Shown here piece by piece: positions 49,929-60,209 of a DNA stretch of 64,000 nt. Position 1 is the first letter of the stretch. Each line of letters opens with the position of its first letter. The DNA is from an uncultured archaeon (GTDB lineage: Archaea; Asgardarchaeota; Lokiarchaeia; Sigyniarchaeales; SOKP01), in contig CAZALK010000015.1 in the NCBI GenBank assembly GCA_964486045.1, forward strand, positions 32,001 to 96,000, given 5' to 3'. Both the position numbers and the translations under genes were made by a program. The notes beneath the pieces were generated by a model. That model was not told the DNA's origin, ran no database searches, and was given only the letters and a program-made list of their open reading frames with translations.

Positions 49929-50377
49929 AACTCAAAATCGAATTAAGTAGACAAGGAAATTTTATTCTGGCAATTTTATTGATTCATTTCGTGTTTTTCG
50001 GTTATATAAGCAATATTTTTCAAAAAAATATTGGGGAAAAAATATTATTTTTATATCAAATTTTATTTAATCCAAGTTCTTTTATTTCATTAATAATTCT
50101 TTTTGTAATTGTGTTTATAATGGTATATCGAGAAAAATTCTTTGAATATGGAATTAGAAATAGCATTTGGCTTACACCAATTACGATATTGCAATCTTGG
50201 ATATGGAATTGGATCATATTTGGTTTTGATATCGCTCCTATTGGTGCATTTTTTATTCGTTATGAAGGATATCTTACAATTTTATCCATATTATGTATAA
50301 ATTTGTTATCTGCTGTTTTAGCAACTGTAGCTAAAGAGCAATATGAAAAACGTATTAAGAGAATCAGAACCTTTTAA
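49925..50377 (+). CDS. Hypothetical membrane protein
   Basis: 150 aa, about 4 TMs; translationally coupled to the upstream gene. Confidence 0.72.
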   Translation: MKLKIELSRQGNFILAILLIHFVFFGYISNIFQKNIGEKILFLYQILFNPSSFISLIILFVIVFIMVYREKFFEYGIRNSIWLTPITILQSWIWNWIIFGFDIAPIGAFFIRYEGYLTILSILCINLLSAVLATVAKEQYEKRIKRIRTF

Positions 50378-50401
50378 AAAAGATCAGGAGATCAAATATC
50401 A

Positions 50402-51418
50402 ATGAGTATGATTAAATATATAATCCGAAGGCTTTTAGTACTATTACCGGTATTATTTGGAGTAATTACATTGACATTTATATTATCTAGATTAATGCCA
50501 GGAGATCCGGTTTTAGCACATCTTCCTAGAAATTTTTCGGCAGAGGATTATACTAACGCACTCCGTGCACTCGGACTTCATCTCCCCATACTTCAACAAT
50601 ACGTAATTTTCCTTGGAGATTTGTTTACTGGTAATTGGGGTACTTCCGTTTCGGTTGCCCAAGGTGCTCCAATATGGGATCTCGTTTTAGAGCGATTTTT
50701 TAGAACTTTTGATATTGCGATATTCGCTATTGTTATTGCTGCATTTTTGGGAATTAAAACTGGAGTGATTTCAGCAACAAACAGAAATAAAGCTAAAGAT
50801 ACAGTATTAAGGGGATTTGCCCTTGTAGGAGTTGCCATTCCAGTATTCTGGATGGGAATGTTGCTCCAATACTTTTTAGCTTTTAGAATACCCATTTTTC
50901 CTGGGGTTGGATATAAAACAGCGGGTATTGGTGATCCTCCGAAAATTACTTATTTTAGGATAATTGATAGTATCTTAGCTGGAGATATGCGTTTACTCGT
51001 AGATTATATACAGCATCTAATTTTACCTGTAGCATGTTTATCCTTTATAACTCTTGCATCAATTACTAGACAAACTCGTTCGAGTATGTTGGAAATTTTA
51101 CAGCAGGATTATGTAAGAACTGCTAGAGCGAAAGGTTGTAAAGAAAAAGATGTGATAAAAACCCATGCCCGTAAAAATGCGTTAATTCCAACTATGACAA
51201 TTATAGGATTAAACTTTGGAGGTTTGTTAACGGGAGCTATTCTTACTGAGACGACTTTTAATTTGCATGGATTAGGTGAATTATTAATTGTGGCGATACG
51301 GAATACGGATTATTGGGTACTTAACGGAGTTGTATTTGTTACTACAATTACCTTTATCACTGTGAATTTAGGTGTTGATATTCTTTATGGATTTGTAGAT
51401 CCAAGAATAAGATTCTAA
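50402..51418 (+). CDS. dppB: Peptide ABC transporter permease
   Basis: 'YIIRRLL...PGDP', 'QDYVRTARAKG' EAA loop, 'DPRIR'. Confidence 0.95.
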   Translation: MSMIKYIIRRLLVLLPVLFGVITLTFILSRLMPGDPVLAHLPRNFSAEDYTNALRALGLHLPILQQYVIFLGDLFTGNWGTSVSVAQGAPIWDLVLERFFRTFDIAIFAIVIAAFLGIKTGVISATNRNKAKDTVLRGFALVGVAIPVFWMGMLLQYFLAFRIPIFPGVGYKTAGIGDPPKITYFRIIDSILAGDMRLLVDYIQHLILPVACLSFITLASITRQTRSSMLEILQQDYVRTARAKGCKEKDVIKTHARKNALIPTMTIIGLNFGGLLTGAILTETTFNLHGLGELLIVAIRNTDYWVLNGVVFVTTITFITVNLGVDILYGFVDPRIRF

Positions 51419-51450
51419 TTCAAACTTACAAAATTATAGGTGAAAAATTT

Positions 51451-52464
51451 ATGGGACAAAGATATGAACAAGAACTTACAGAAGAAGAGGAATTGGGGGA
51501 GGAGAAGAAAGAGAGCGTACTAAAAAATACAGTCTCTTGGATTTTCACCAATATTAAATTCCTCCTTATTCCAGGTTATCGATTAGAAGAATTATCAAAT
51601 CGGGAAAAAGACTACGAAAAATCTATAAGTAAAAGAAAATTCATTCGAAGATTAAAATCAGTCTTAACTATCTTGGGTATTGTAATTATTTTTGTAATTA
51701 TAACTTTTGCCGTTTTAGGACCCTGGCTTGCTCCATACACTTTTGAGGAAGCAAATGGAGTTTTCGATAATTGGTGGGCAGCTGCATCACCAGAACATGT
51801 ATTAGGAACAACTATGTTTGGACGTGATATTTTATCAAGATTAATTTATGGGGCCAGATCTTCATTAACCATTGCTTTACCGGCAATATCATTTAGTGTT
51901 ATTCTTGGTGTTATACTTGGTGTTATTTCCGGATATTACGGCGGATGGATTGATTCATTAATAATGAGAATTGCGGATGTCTTTTTTGCTTTCCCTGGAA
52001 TTATTCTGGCTCTAGTCTTTGTTGCAATTTGGGGACAAAGGATGGAGTACATAATGCTGGCTTATGGAATACTTGGCGTACCTTATTATTCACGTATAAT
52101 TCGAGGATCTGTCTTACAAGCTCGAGAATTACCCTACATTGAAGCGGCAAAAGCATCGGGGGCAGGAAATTGGAGGATTATGTTTAAACATATACTTCCA
52201 AATACTATTCAACCCATTATAATTTCATTTACATTCGATATCGGTGGCATCATTTTAAGCTTGGCAGGTCTTAGCTTTTTGGGGTATAGTGATTATAGGC
52301 TAATTGAATGGGGAAACGACATTAGTGCTGCTAGGCTTCATCTATATGATGCTCCATGGACAGCTCTTTGGCCCGGATTTATGATCTTAATAACTGTACT
52401 AGGTTTTATGTTAGTCGGTGATGGATTAAGAGATGCCCTAGATCCGAGATTAAGAAACTTGTAG
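51451..52464 (+). CDS. dppC: Peptide ABC transporter permease
   Basis: 'HVLGT..FGRDILSRLIYGAR', 'YIEAAKASGA', 'GDGLRDALDPR'. Confidence 0.95.
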   Translation: MGQRYEQELTEEEELGEEKKESVLKNTVSWIFTNIKFLLIPGYRLEELSNREKDYEKSISKRKFIRRLKSVLTILGIVIIFVIITFAVLGPWLAPYTFEEANGVFDNWWAAASPEHVLGTTMFGRDILSRLIYGARSSLTIALPAISFSVILGVILGVISGYYGGWIDSLIMRIADVFFAFPGIILALVFVAIWGQRMEYIMLAYGILGVPYYSRIIRGSVLQARELPYIEAAKASGAGNWRIMFKHILPNTIQPIIISFTFDIGGIILSLAGLSFLGYSDYRLIEWGNDISAARLHLYDAPWTALWPGFMILITVLGFMLVGDGLRDALDPRLRNL

Positions 52465-52563
52465 AACGTTATCAATATATTACCGAGTCAATAGTTATTA
52501 CTGGTTGAAAAAGAAAATAGTGAATCTGGTTAAAAAAGAAATAGATTTATTGAAAATAAGAAA

Positions 52564-53799
52564 ATGAATCAAACGAAATTAGATGTAGAAAAAGAGTCAA
52601 GAGACCTGCTTGAAATTAAAGATCTTAAAACAAATTTCTATACAGAAGAAGGGATTGTTAAAGCAGTAGACGGTGTTTCATTTGATATATACCAAGATGA
52701 GATCCTTGGCCTTGTTGGTGAAACGGGGTGCGGAAAATCAGTCACAGCACTTTCTATTTTACGCCTTGTGAGAGCACCAGGAAAAATAATCAACGGGACC
52801 ATAAAGTTTAATGGTGTCAATTTGCTGGAGTTATCTGAAGGACAAATGAGGGAATATCGTGGCAACAACATAACTATGATATTTCAGGATCCACTAAATT
52901 CACTTAATCCAGTAATGTCAGTTGGAAAACAAATATCGGAAGTATTTTTATTACATCAGGAAGAAGAACTTAAGAAAATCATTGATAAACGAAATTCAGA
53001 GCGAAAAATACAGAAACTAGAAATAAAAGAACTAAAAAGGGAATTTAAAATAAATAAAGACCGTTTAACAGAAGATGAAAGGAGCGATTTTAGAGTAAAA
53101 ATAAAAGATCTAAAAGCCAAAATACCTAAAAAACCTTACCTGAAAAATATTGCATGGGAAAGATCGGAAGATATTATTAAAGAAGTAGGAATTGCAGATG
53201 CAGCAGGTATCCTAAAAAGATATCCGCATGAGTTAAGTGGGGGTATGAGACAACGTGTAATGATTTCAATGGCACTATCTTGTAACCCCCAACTGCTAAT
53301 CGCAGATGAACCTACTACTGCCTTGGATGTAACTATCCAAGCTCAGATTCTTGATTTAATGAAAATTTTGAAAAAGAAATTTAAAACATCAATTCTAATG
53401 ATAACTCATGATTTAGGTATAATTGCGGATTTGTGTGATCGGGTAGCTGTCATGTATAGTGGAAACATTGTTGAATATGCAACGGTAAAAGATTTATTTA
53501 AAAATCCTCGGCACCCCTACACGAAAGGACTTATTGGTGCAATTCCAAGCATAGAAAAGAAAGATCAAAAATTACTTACTATTCGAGGAATGGTACCAAA
53601 CTTGATTTTTCCCCCGTCTGGCTGCAGATTCCACCCAAGGTGTGATTATCGATTGGAAATCTGTAATAAAATAAGACCTAAATGGATTGAAATCGCAAAG
53701 AAATACTTAGTTGCTTGCCACCTTTTCGATCCTGATCATAAAAATTCCCCAAAACATGAGTGGGGTAAAGCGGAAGATAAAGAATCTTATAAAATATAA
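52564..53799 (+). CDS. dppD: Peptide ABC transporter ATPase with charged insert
   Basis: GETGCGKS, YPHELSGGMRQR, IADEPTTALD, HPYT, GCRFHPRC. Confidence 0.95.
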   Translation: MNQTKLDVEKESRDLLEIKDLKTNFYTEEGIVKAVDGVSFDIYQDEILGLVGETGCGKSVTALSILRLVRAPGKIINGTIKFNGVNLLELSEGQMREYRGNNITMIFQDPLNSLNPVMSVGKQISEVFLLHQEEELKKIIDKRNSERKIQKLEIKELKREFKINKDRLTEDERSDFRVKIKDLKAKIPKKPYLKNIAWERSEDIIKEVGIADAAGILKRYPHELSGGMRQRVMISMALSCNPQLLIADEPTTALDVTIQAQILDLMKILKKKFKTSILMITHDLGIIADLCDRVAVMYSGNIVEYATVKDLFKNPRHPYTKGLIGAIPSIEKKDQKLLTIRGMVPNLIFPPSGCRFHPRCDYRLEICNKIRPKWIEIAKKYLVACHLFDPDHKNSPKHEWGKAEDKESYKI

Positions 53800-53840
53800 C
53801 AATTAAAATTGGTAGACTAGTTGAAAGGAAATAAAAAAAA

Positions 53841-55187
53841 ATGATTAACCATAACGACGAAATAAACAATTCAATGGCAGAAAATATAAAAACTTCGAGT
53901 AAAAAGAAAGAAGTTATTCTAGCCGTTAAAGATCTCAAGACATATTTCCCCATATATGGTGGAATTTTTAAGCGGACAATTGGATATGTCAAGGCAGTAA
54001 ATGGGGTCACTTTTGACCTTTATAAAGGAGAAACACTTGGTTTAGTTGGAGAGAGTGGTTGCGGAAAAACTACTATCGGGAACAGTATATTAAATCTTGT
54101 ACCAGCTACCTCAGGAAAAATTTTCTATAAAGGACATAATATCGTATTAGGAAAGACTGAAAGAAAAGAAAAAACTCAAAAATTACGAGAAGAAAATGAT
54201 TTAAAGAATATTATATTAATTCCAGTAATTCGTTTTGCTCTAATATTTTTAGGTGCATTCCTCAGACGAACAAAAACAAACTTAAAGCAAATCTATCAAA
54301 CCACAAAGAATTATTTAGCTAAATTACACCCATCTTTAAGGGATGCATTTACTGCTATGATATCTTTCTCAAAACGAAATTATCTTAATATAAGTAGAAT
54401 AAAGCGCGGATATAATAAAGAATTACGAAGGAAAATTCAAATTGTGTTTCAAGATCCTGATTCTTCATTAAATCCACGTTGGAAAACAGTTAATATTATA
54501 GGAGAACCGCTTAGAATTCTCTTAGGAATGAGAAAAAGGAGAAAAATTCGTAGACGTGTCCTTGAAATTCTAGAAACCGTTTCAATGAAGATGGAGCACT
54601 TGGATAGATATCCACATGAATTTTCTGGTGGTCAAAAACAAAGAATTGTAATAGGTAGAGCTCTAGCACCTAATCCTGAAATTGTGATTTTAGACGAACC
54701 AACTTCCGCTCTAGATGTGTCCGTTCAAGCCCAAATTTTAAATTTATTAAAAGACCTCCAAGAAAAATTTGATTTTTCCTATTTATTTATTACTCATGAT
54801 TTAAGCGTAATACAACATATAGGAGATAGAATTGTAGTAATGTACCTTGGTAAATTCGTAGAGACTGGAAACATTGATGATGTATTTTACGATCCTAAAC
54901 ATCCATATACCAGAGCACTATTGTCAGCTCGACCTACATTCGATCCTACAACAAGACAAACCAGAATTATATTAGAGGGTGATGTACCTAGCCCAATTAA
55001 TCCACCTATTGGATGTGCTTTTCACCCTAGATGCCCAGAAAAAGATAAACATATTGGATGTGATGTAGACGAACCTAGGAAAATTCATATCGGGGGTGAC
55101 CATTACATTTATTGCCTACCATACAAGCATGAACAAGGCTCCTATGAAGGAAAGACAGTTATCTCAGATACTTGGAGAAAATCTTAA
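53841..55187 (+). CDS. dppF: Peptide ABC transporter ATPase with insert
   Basis: GESGCGKT, YPHEFSGGQKQR, LDEPTSALDVSVQAQ, GCAFHPRC. Confidence 0.95.
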   Translation: MINHNDEINNSMAENIKTSSKKKEVILAVKDLKTYFPIYGGIFKRTIGYVKAVNGVTFDLYKGETLGLVGESGCGKTTIGNSILNLVPATSGKIFYKGHNIVLGKTERKEKTQKLREENDLKNIILIPVIRFALIFLGAFLRRTKTNLKQIYQTTKNYLAKLHPSLRDAFTAMISFSKRNYLNISRIKRGYNKELRRKIQIVFQDPDSSLNPRWKTVNIIGEPLRILLGMRKRRKIRRRVLEILETVSMKMEHLDRYPHEFSGGQKQRIVIGRALAPNPEIVILDEPTSALDVSVQAQILNLLKDLQEKFDFSYLFITHDLSVIQHIGDRIVVMYLGKFVETGNIDDVFYDPKHPYTRALLSARPTFDPTTRQTRIILEGDVPSPINPPIGCAFHPRCPEKDKHIGCDVDEPRKIHIGGDHYIYCLPYKHEQGSYEGKTVISDTWRKS

Positions 55188-55408
55188 TTCTATCCTAAAT
55201 GGCATAAATTTTAATGTCTTGTACTAAATTTGTATAAAAATTATTTTAAACAACTTGGATTTATTTTGATCCCTCCTCAAATATTGAAGATATCTTTTTA
55301 TTTCACTCTATTTTTATTTTTTACCTAAGATTTACGGAACATTTATTGAAATTTATCGATTAATTAATGAAAATAAAAAAGTTAAAGGATTATGATTTTA
55401 AATAGATA

Positions 55409-56581
55409 ATGACTTCAAAAAATTCCCAAATATTTGTATTAAAAACTTCACCTGAAACAATCTTAGAAGATTATAAAGATTTAATGCATTTAGCAAATTA
55501 TGAACGATTTTATAATAAGGATAGTAAGACTATTATCAAACTCAATTTAAGCTGGTCAAAATTCTTCCCTGCTTGCTCAAGCCCTCCTTGGCAGGTAGAG
55601 GGTATCTTAAAAACGATGACGGATGATGGGTACGATCCACAAAGACTTTTCCCCTCAGAAAACCGTACGGTTGTCACTAATATCGAGCGAGGCTTAAAAG
55701 GTAATAAGTGGGGTCCAATTATTAAAAAATATAATACCAGGTTTATCCCCTTAACACGAATACCCTTTGTTCCATATGAGTCTTTAAGACGTAAATTTCT
55801 TAGCTTAAAAAATCAAAAATTGCATGTTTTAGATTCTGAAATATTTCCAGAGGGTTTTAAAATTCCAAAATTTTATGTTGGTAAACAGATTATTCATGCA
55901 CCCACCATCAAAACACATGGTCATACTGGAGCTATAGGGGGTAGTTTAAATCACACTAAAGGAGAATTAAAGCATGGTGGTATCACATGCGCTATGAAAA
56001 ATGCATTTGGTGGACTTTTGACCAAAAGAAGGCATTTTTCACATCAATTTATGTCAGAAGTACTCGTTGATCTCTTAATTATTCAAAAACAAATTCATCC
56101 GAGCGTAATGGCAATCGTAGACGGAACAGTTTGCGGAGATGGTGCTGGTCCAAGAACCATGATACCTCGAATAAAAAATTATTTAATAGCAGGTTATGAT
56201 CAAGTTGCGATTGATACCGTTATCGCTAAAATGCTAGGTTTTCAGCCATTAAAATTACCTGCAATAAAATTAGCAAACGATGAAGGATTAGGTTGCGGTG
56301 ATTTTGATCAAATTGAAATAATAGGAAAAGATATCTCAAGTATCAATTGGAATTTTAAAGTTAAACGTAGTTTAGTTATATGGGGTGATCAAATGGTAAG
56401 AAAAGGCTCGCTAAAATTTATTAATCCACTTCTTAAGAATAAGATCTTTTTTATGGGACCGATTTTAGGTTCTTTAATTTATCATGATTTGTTTTGGTAT
56501 CCAATAATAGGAAAGCGTAGAATAAAGAATTTTATGAAAACTAAATGGGGGGATGTATTTAAAAATTATCCAGAGAGTTAA
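55409..56581 (+). CDS. DUF362 domain protein
   Basis: 'IIKLNLSW', 'PTIKTH', 'TCAMKNAFG', 'IVDGT..GDGAGP', 'DQVAID..AKMLG'. Confidence 0.85.
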   Translation: MTSKNSQIFVLKTSPETILEDYKDLMHLANYERFYNKDSKTIIKLNLSWSKFFPACSSPPWQVEGILKTMTDDGYDPQRLFPSENRTVVTNIERGLKGNKWGPIIKKYNTRFIPLTRIPFVPYESLRRKFLSLKNQKLHVLDSEIFPEGFKIPKFYVGKQIIHAPTIKTHGHTGAIGGSLNHTKGELKHGGITCAMKNAFGGLLTKRRHFSHQFMSEVLVDLLIIQKQIHPSVMAIVDGTVCGDGAGPRTMIPRIKNYLIAGYDQVAIDTVIAKMLGFQPLKLPAIKLANDEGLGCGDFDQIEIIGKDISSINWNFKVKRSLVIWGDQMVRKGSLKFINPLLKNKIFFMGPILGSLIYHDLFWYPIIGKRRIKNFMKTKWGDVFKNYPES

Positions 56582-56823
56582 GAAAGTCAATTCCAGTTAA
56601 TAATTATCTTATCATAGAGTACATTATCTGGTTTTGGTCAACTAATACGGTATCTAGCATAGTGTCAATTTAAAAGGTTAATCACTTATTTGTGCTATTT
56701 ATGAGAATAAAAACACTTTACAGACAATTTATCTTAATTTTTATAATATTACAATAATCTTGATATATAATTTTAAATTTTGAGCTTTAACGTAGGAAAT
56801 TTTTTTTAGCAAAAAGCAATACG

Positions 56824-58080
56824 ATGGATATTTCGGATTTAAAACTACATCACAATAAAGGGATAATACAACACATAAATCTATTAATGTTTGAGCGTAT
56901 AGCAGGAACAAAAGGAGAAACTAAAGCGATAAATTATATTCAAAAAGAATTAAATAATGAAAATGTTGATAACATTCTTGAATCTTTTAAATGGTCTAAA
57001 ACGATAGATATTTTGGTTAAATCGATAGCCATTTGTATCTTTTGGTCAACCATCCTTTTTGAGGTAACTATTTTATTAAACCTTGCCTGGTTAATGGTTA
57101 TTCTTGATTTATTTTTTATTGGGGTTATTTATTTTCTTGTAATAAACTTCTACGATATGACTCATTTAATGTTACTAGGTAAAAGGAAAAAATCAAAAAA
57201 CATTATCGCTAAAGTATCCGCAGTGGAAAAAAAAGATAAAAGTCCTCTTATTATTTTTACTGCTCACTATGATTCAATTTCAGCAAAATATCCTTATAAT
57301 TTAAAAAAATTTTTTTATTTATTGGTAATAACCATAAGTTTTCCAATTATTTTTTCAACACTTATTATATCTGAATGGACAGTTTTAACATACTTTTTTG
57401 ATTCTTATAAAACTAATTCATATGCAGCTTTATTGTCTAAATCCATCGATTTTTCCCATATGTCCCTTATTTTCTTGATTGTCGCCATCCTTATACTTCT
57501 ATTTAATAGAGAACGAAGTCAGTCGTTGGGTTCAATTGACAATGCCAGTGGAGTTTCAATTTTAATTGAGCTTGCAAAAATTTTAAACAAAAATCCTCTG
57601 AAGCACATCGATATTATATTCTTATGGAGCGGGGCTGAAGAATGGGGTTTATGGGGTTCAAAGCAATTCTGTATAAAGCATTTTGACGAATTAAATGAGG
57701 AATATGATCTTAATAAATCTTATAACATCAATATTGATATGGTAGGGACATACGTCGGACTTATAAACAAAACAGGCATAATCAGGAAAAAAGAGACTGA
57801 AAAATTAATCAATTTTTTAGATTCCTCAGCAAAAAAATTAAACGTGCCCTTAGATAAATATAATTTAGCTTTAGAACCAAGAAGCGACCATAATACATTT
57901 CGATCATTTGCTAAAAAAACCAGAAAAAAAATGCAATCATGTTGCTTTTTATCTAATCAAGATTCAAAATACATTCATTCTTCGAGAGATACCCCAAATA
58001 AGTGTTCATCTAAAAATCTTAATTGGTGTGTCGATATTTGTTATGATGCTATTAAAAATTTAGATTTGGAAACAATGTAG
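56824..58080 (+). CDS. M28-family peptidase with inserted TM segments
   Basis: 'AHYDS', 'GSIDNASG', 'GAEEWGLWGS', 'INIDMVG', 'SDH', 'IHSSRD'; four hydrophobic helices. Confidence 0.88.
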   Translation: MDISDLKLHHNKGIIQHINLLMFERIAGTKGETKAINYIQKELNNENVDNILESFKWSKTIDILVKSIAICIFWSTILFEVTILLNLAWLMVILDLFFIGVIYFLVINFYDMTHLMLLGKRKKSKNIIAKVSAVEKKDKSPLIIFTAHYDSISAKYPYNLKKFFYLLVITISFPIIFSTLIISEWTVLTYFFDSYKTNSYAALLSKSIDFSHMSLIFLIVAILILLFNRERSQSLGSIDNASGVSILIELAKILNKNPLKHIDIIFLWSGAEEWGLWGSKQFCIKHFDELNEEYDLNKSYNINIDMVGTYVGLINKTGIIRKKETEKLINFLDSSAKKLNVPLDKYNLALEPRSDHNTFRSFAKKTRKKMQSCCFLSNQDSKYIHSSRDTPNKCSSKNLNWCVDICYDAIKNLDLETM

Positions 58081-58308
58081 ACTAAATGAGGCAAAATATC
58101 TTATGAAACCTTGAATTAATATTAATTGTTAGACTTTAACCATATTCTTTTGTTAAGAATTTCCGCCTACAAGCACTATATTGTATTTTCTCCTATTTTT
58201 TGGTAATAATCACTTTTAAAATAATCCAACTCCAAAGGGGGAAATTTGAAAAACAGCGCTAAGCTAATTTTTTTCTTTTAGCAGCACTAAAAATATAAAT
58301 AATTCCGA

Positions 58309-58791
58309 TTACCACACTATAGGTAGACGGTAATCTGGAAAGAGTGCTGAGTAAATTGCTAAAAAAATAAAGATTATTGCCGTTAATATTATTATAAGAA
58401 CGATTAATCCCGTAATATCTCGTGGTGAAAACCGAGTTCTAGTTTTTATTTTGTGTTTAGGGATTGCAACTTTCTCAATTAACCAATTTTTATAAGATTT
58501 TGTTAACTTTCCCTTTTCTAATGGATTTTCTCCTGAAGATCCCTTAAAAAATTCTTGAGTTTCTACAGAATTTATCGCAAGATATGCTTTTTTGATTCTT
58601 ACTCTCTCAAATGCAAAATCAATACTTGAAAAGCTGATGATTATAATGGGTACTGATATATACCAATAAAAAAATACGAGCAATACAAAACGAATAACAA
58701 ATTGGAAATAAAATGTTGCTACCATGATGGATATAATAATAACACCAATAAAAGCAAAACATTTTGTGTCTTCCTTAGATGGTAAAGGCAT
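58309..58791 (-). CDS. Hypothetical membrane protein
   Basis: 160 aa with 3 TMs. Confidence 0.7.
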   Translation of the reverse strand: MPLPSKEDTKCFAFIGVIIISIMVATFYFQFVIRFVLLVFFYWYISVPIIIISFSSIDFAFERVRIKKAYLAINSVETQEFFKGSSGENPLEKGKLTKSYKNWLIEKVAIPKHKIKTRTRFSPRDITGLIVLIIILTAIIFIFLAIYSALFPDYRLPIVW

Positions 58792-59148
58792 GAAAATAAT
58801 CTCTTTTTTATATAAAGACTTTTATTGTTTTGTGTTAATTAAATTTTCATTTAATTATTTATCTTACCATTTTAAAGCATAAAAAAGTTTGATATAAAAA
58901 TTCTAACTTTAAATTAGAGATGATCAGATGGAAGAAAAATTATGGGGAATTTTAGGCTTGTACAAACTCCTACATGATATTTTTACTGAAATCTTTAATA
59001 AAATAATCTAAACTTGAAAATCATGGATTATTTCAATGATTTTATATCTTAACATGGAAATTTCTCTTCTATTAACAATTATCGATCCTTTCCTTATTTT
59101 CTATTACGTTTTCATTAGGTTGCACCTATCTTTCTCTATACAGACAAA

Positions 59149-59388
59149 ATTAACTGGAATTTTAAAGTTAAACGAAGTTTGGTAATATGGGGGGACCAAA
59201 TGGTACGCAAGGGGCCACTCAGTTTTATTAATCCACTTCTTAAAAATGAGCTCTTTTTTATGGCCCCAATTTTAGCTTCATTAGTCTATCATGATATGAT
59301 TTGGTATCCTACTGTAGGAAAACGTAGAATTAAGAGATTCATGAAAACAGAGTGGGGTAAGGTATTCAAAAATTATCCAAAAAATTAG
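59149..59388 (+). pseudogene. Orphan 3'-end copy of the DUF362 gene
   Basis: In-frame and the same 240-nt length as 56342-56581; 63/79 aa identical with many synonymous changes; no 5' part. Confidence 0.92.
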
Positions 59389-59423
59389 CATCTTACAATC
59401 CTAATAATACATTAAGTGGGTAA

Positions 59424-60206
59424 TCAGTTTAATAATGTTTTTAGAATCTCTGTAAAATTAATAGGTATTTTTTGCTCCTCAATGCGTAAATGCACAAGAA
59501 ATTCAATTGAGTTTTTAATATCTGAAAGTAGTGCTTTAATTATTCCAAACGGATTAAATTTATTCTTAATACACCATTCAATTAAATCGACAAGAATATG
59601 ATAAAGAAATGAAGAATTTTCCGCAATTCTAAATTTTTGCTTTTTCCTAAATTGACTCTCAAACAAAGGTTTTACTAATGCTAAAATATCCCCATCTTTC
59701 TTTAAAAATTGCTTTACATTAGGGAGGATAGATTTCAGTGAAGTAAAGGTAACATCTATAGTACAAACATCAATTTTTTCATTAATATCAATCATTTCAC
59801 GTGCATCCACGCCTAGAAACGGAATCACTTTTTCCTTCATCTTCTCACACCGGAAAGAAGGATGTAACCGATCTAAGGTGATATCTACAGCGTAAATCCT
59901 TTTAGCTCCACGTTGCAGTAGGCAATCTGTAAATCCTCCTGTTGAAGCCCCAATATCAACACAAATTCTATCTTCAACCCGAATCGAAAATTCATCTAAT
60001 GCTGCTTCTAATTTCAATCCACCACGACTCACATAGGGAAATTTTTTTTGAAGTTGTATCTCGTAGGAATTGTCAACTTTTTTACCTGGTTTTGTTATTT
60101 TGATTCCATTTACAATTACATGCCCCTTCCTTATTAGCCATTGTGCTTTTGTCCGGCTCTCTACTAGCGCTCTGTTGACTAATAATATATCAATTCTCTC
60201 TTTCAT
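59424..60206 (-). CDS. tlyA: TlyA-family rRNA 2'-O-methyltransferase (S4 + FtsJ)
   Basis: 'ERIDILLV..L.ESRTKAQ.LI', 'YVSRGGLKL', 'DIGASTGGFTDCLLQRGA', 'LVKPLFE'. Confidence 0.92.
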   Translation of the reverse strand: MKERIDILLVNRALVESRTKAQWLIRKGHVIVNGIKITKPGKKVDNSYEIQLQKKFPYVSRGGLKLEAALDEFSIRVEDRICVDIGASTGGFTDCLLQRGAKRIYAVDITLDRLHPSFRCEKMKEKVIPFLGVDAREMIDINEKIDVCTIDVTFTSLKSILPNVKQFLKKDGDILALVKPLFESQFRKKQKFRIAENSSFLYHILVDLIEWCIKNKFNPFGIIKALLSDIKNSIEFLVHLRIEEQKIPINFTEILKTLLN

Positions 60207-60209
60207 AAG

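Noticed and set aside
59060-59105. Weak similarity to the tlyA S4 segment (minus strand IRKGSIIVN vs IRKGHVIVN at ~60100-60140)
   Set aside because: Only about 45 nt of AT-rich sequence, with in-frame stops adjacent; cannot be distinguished from chance.
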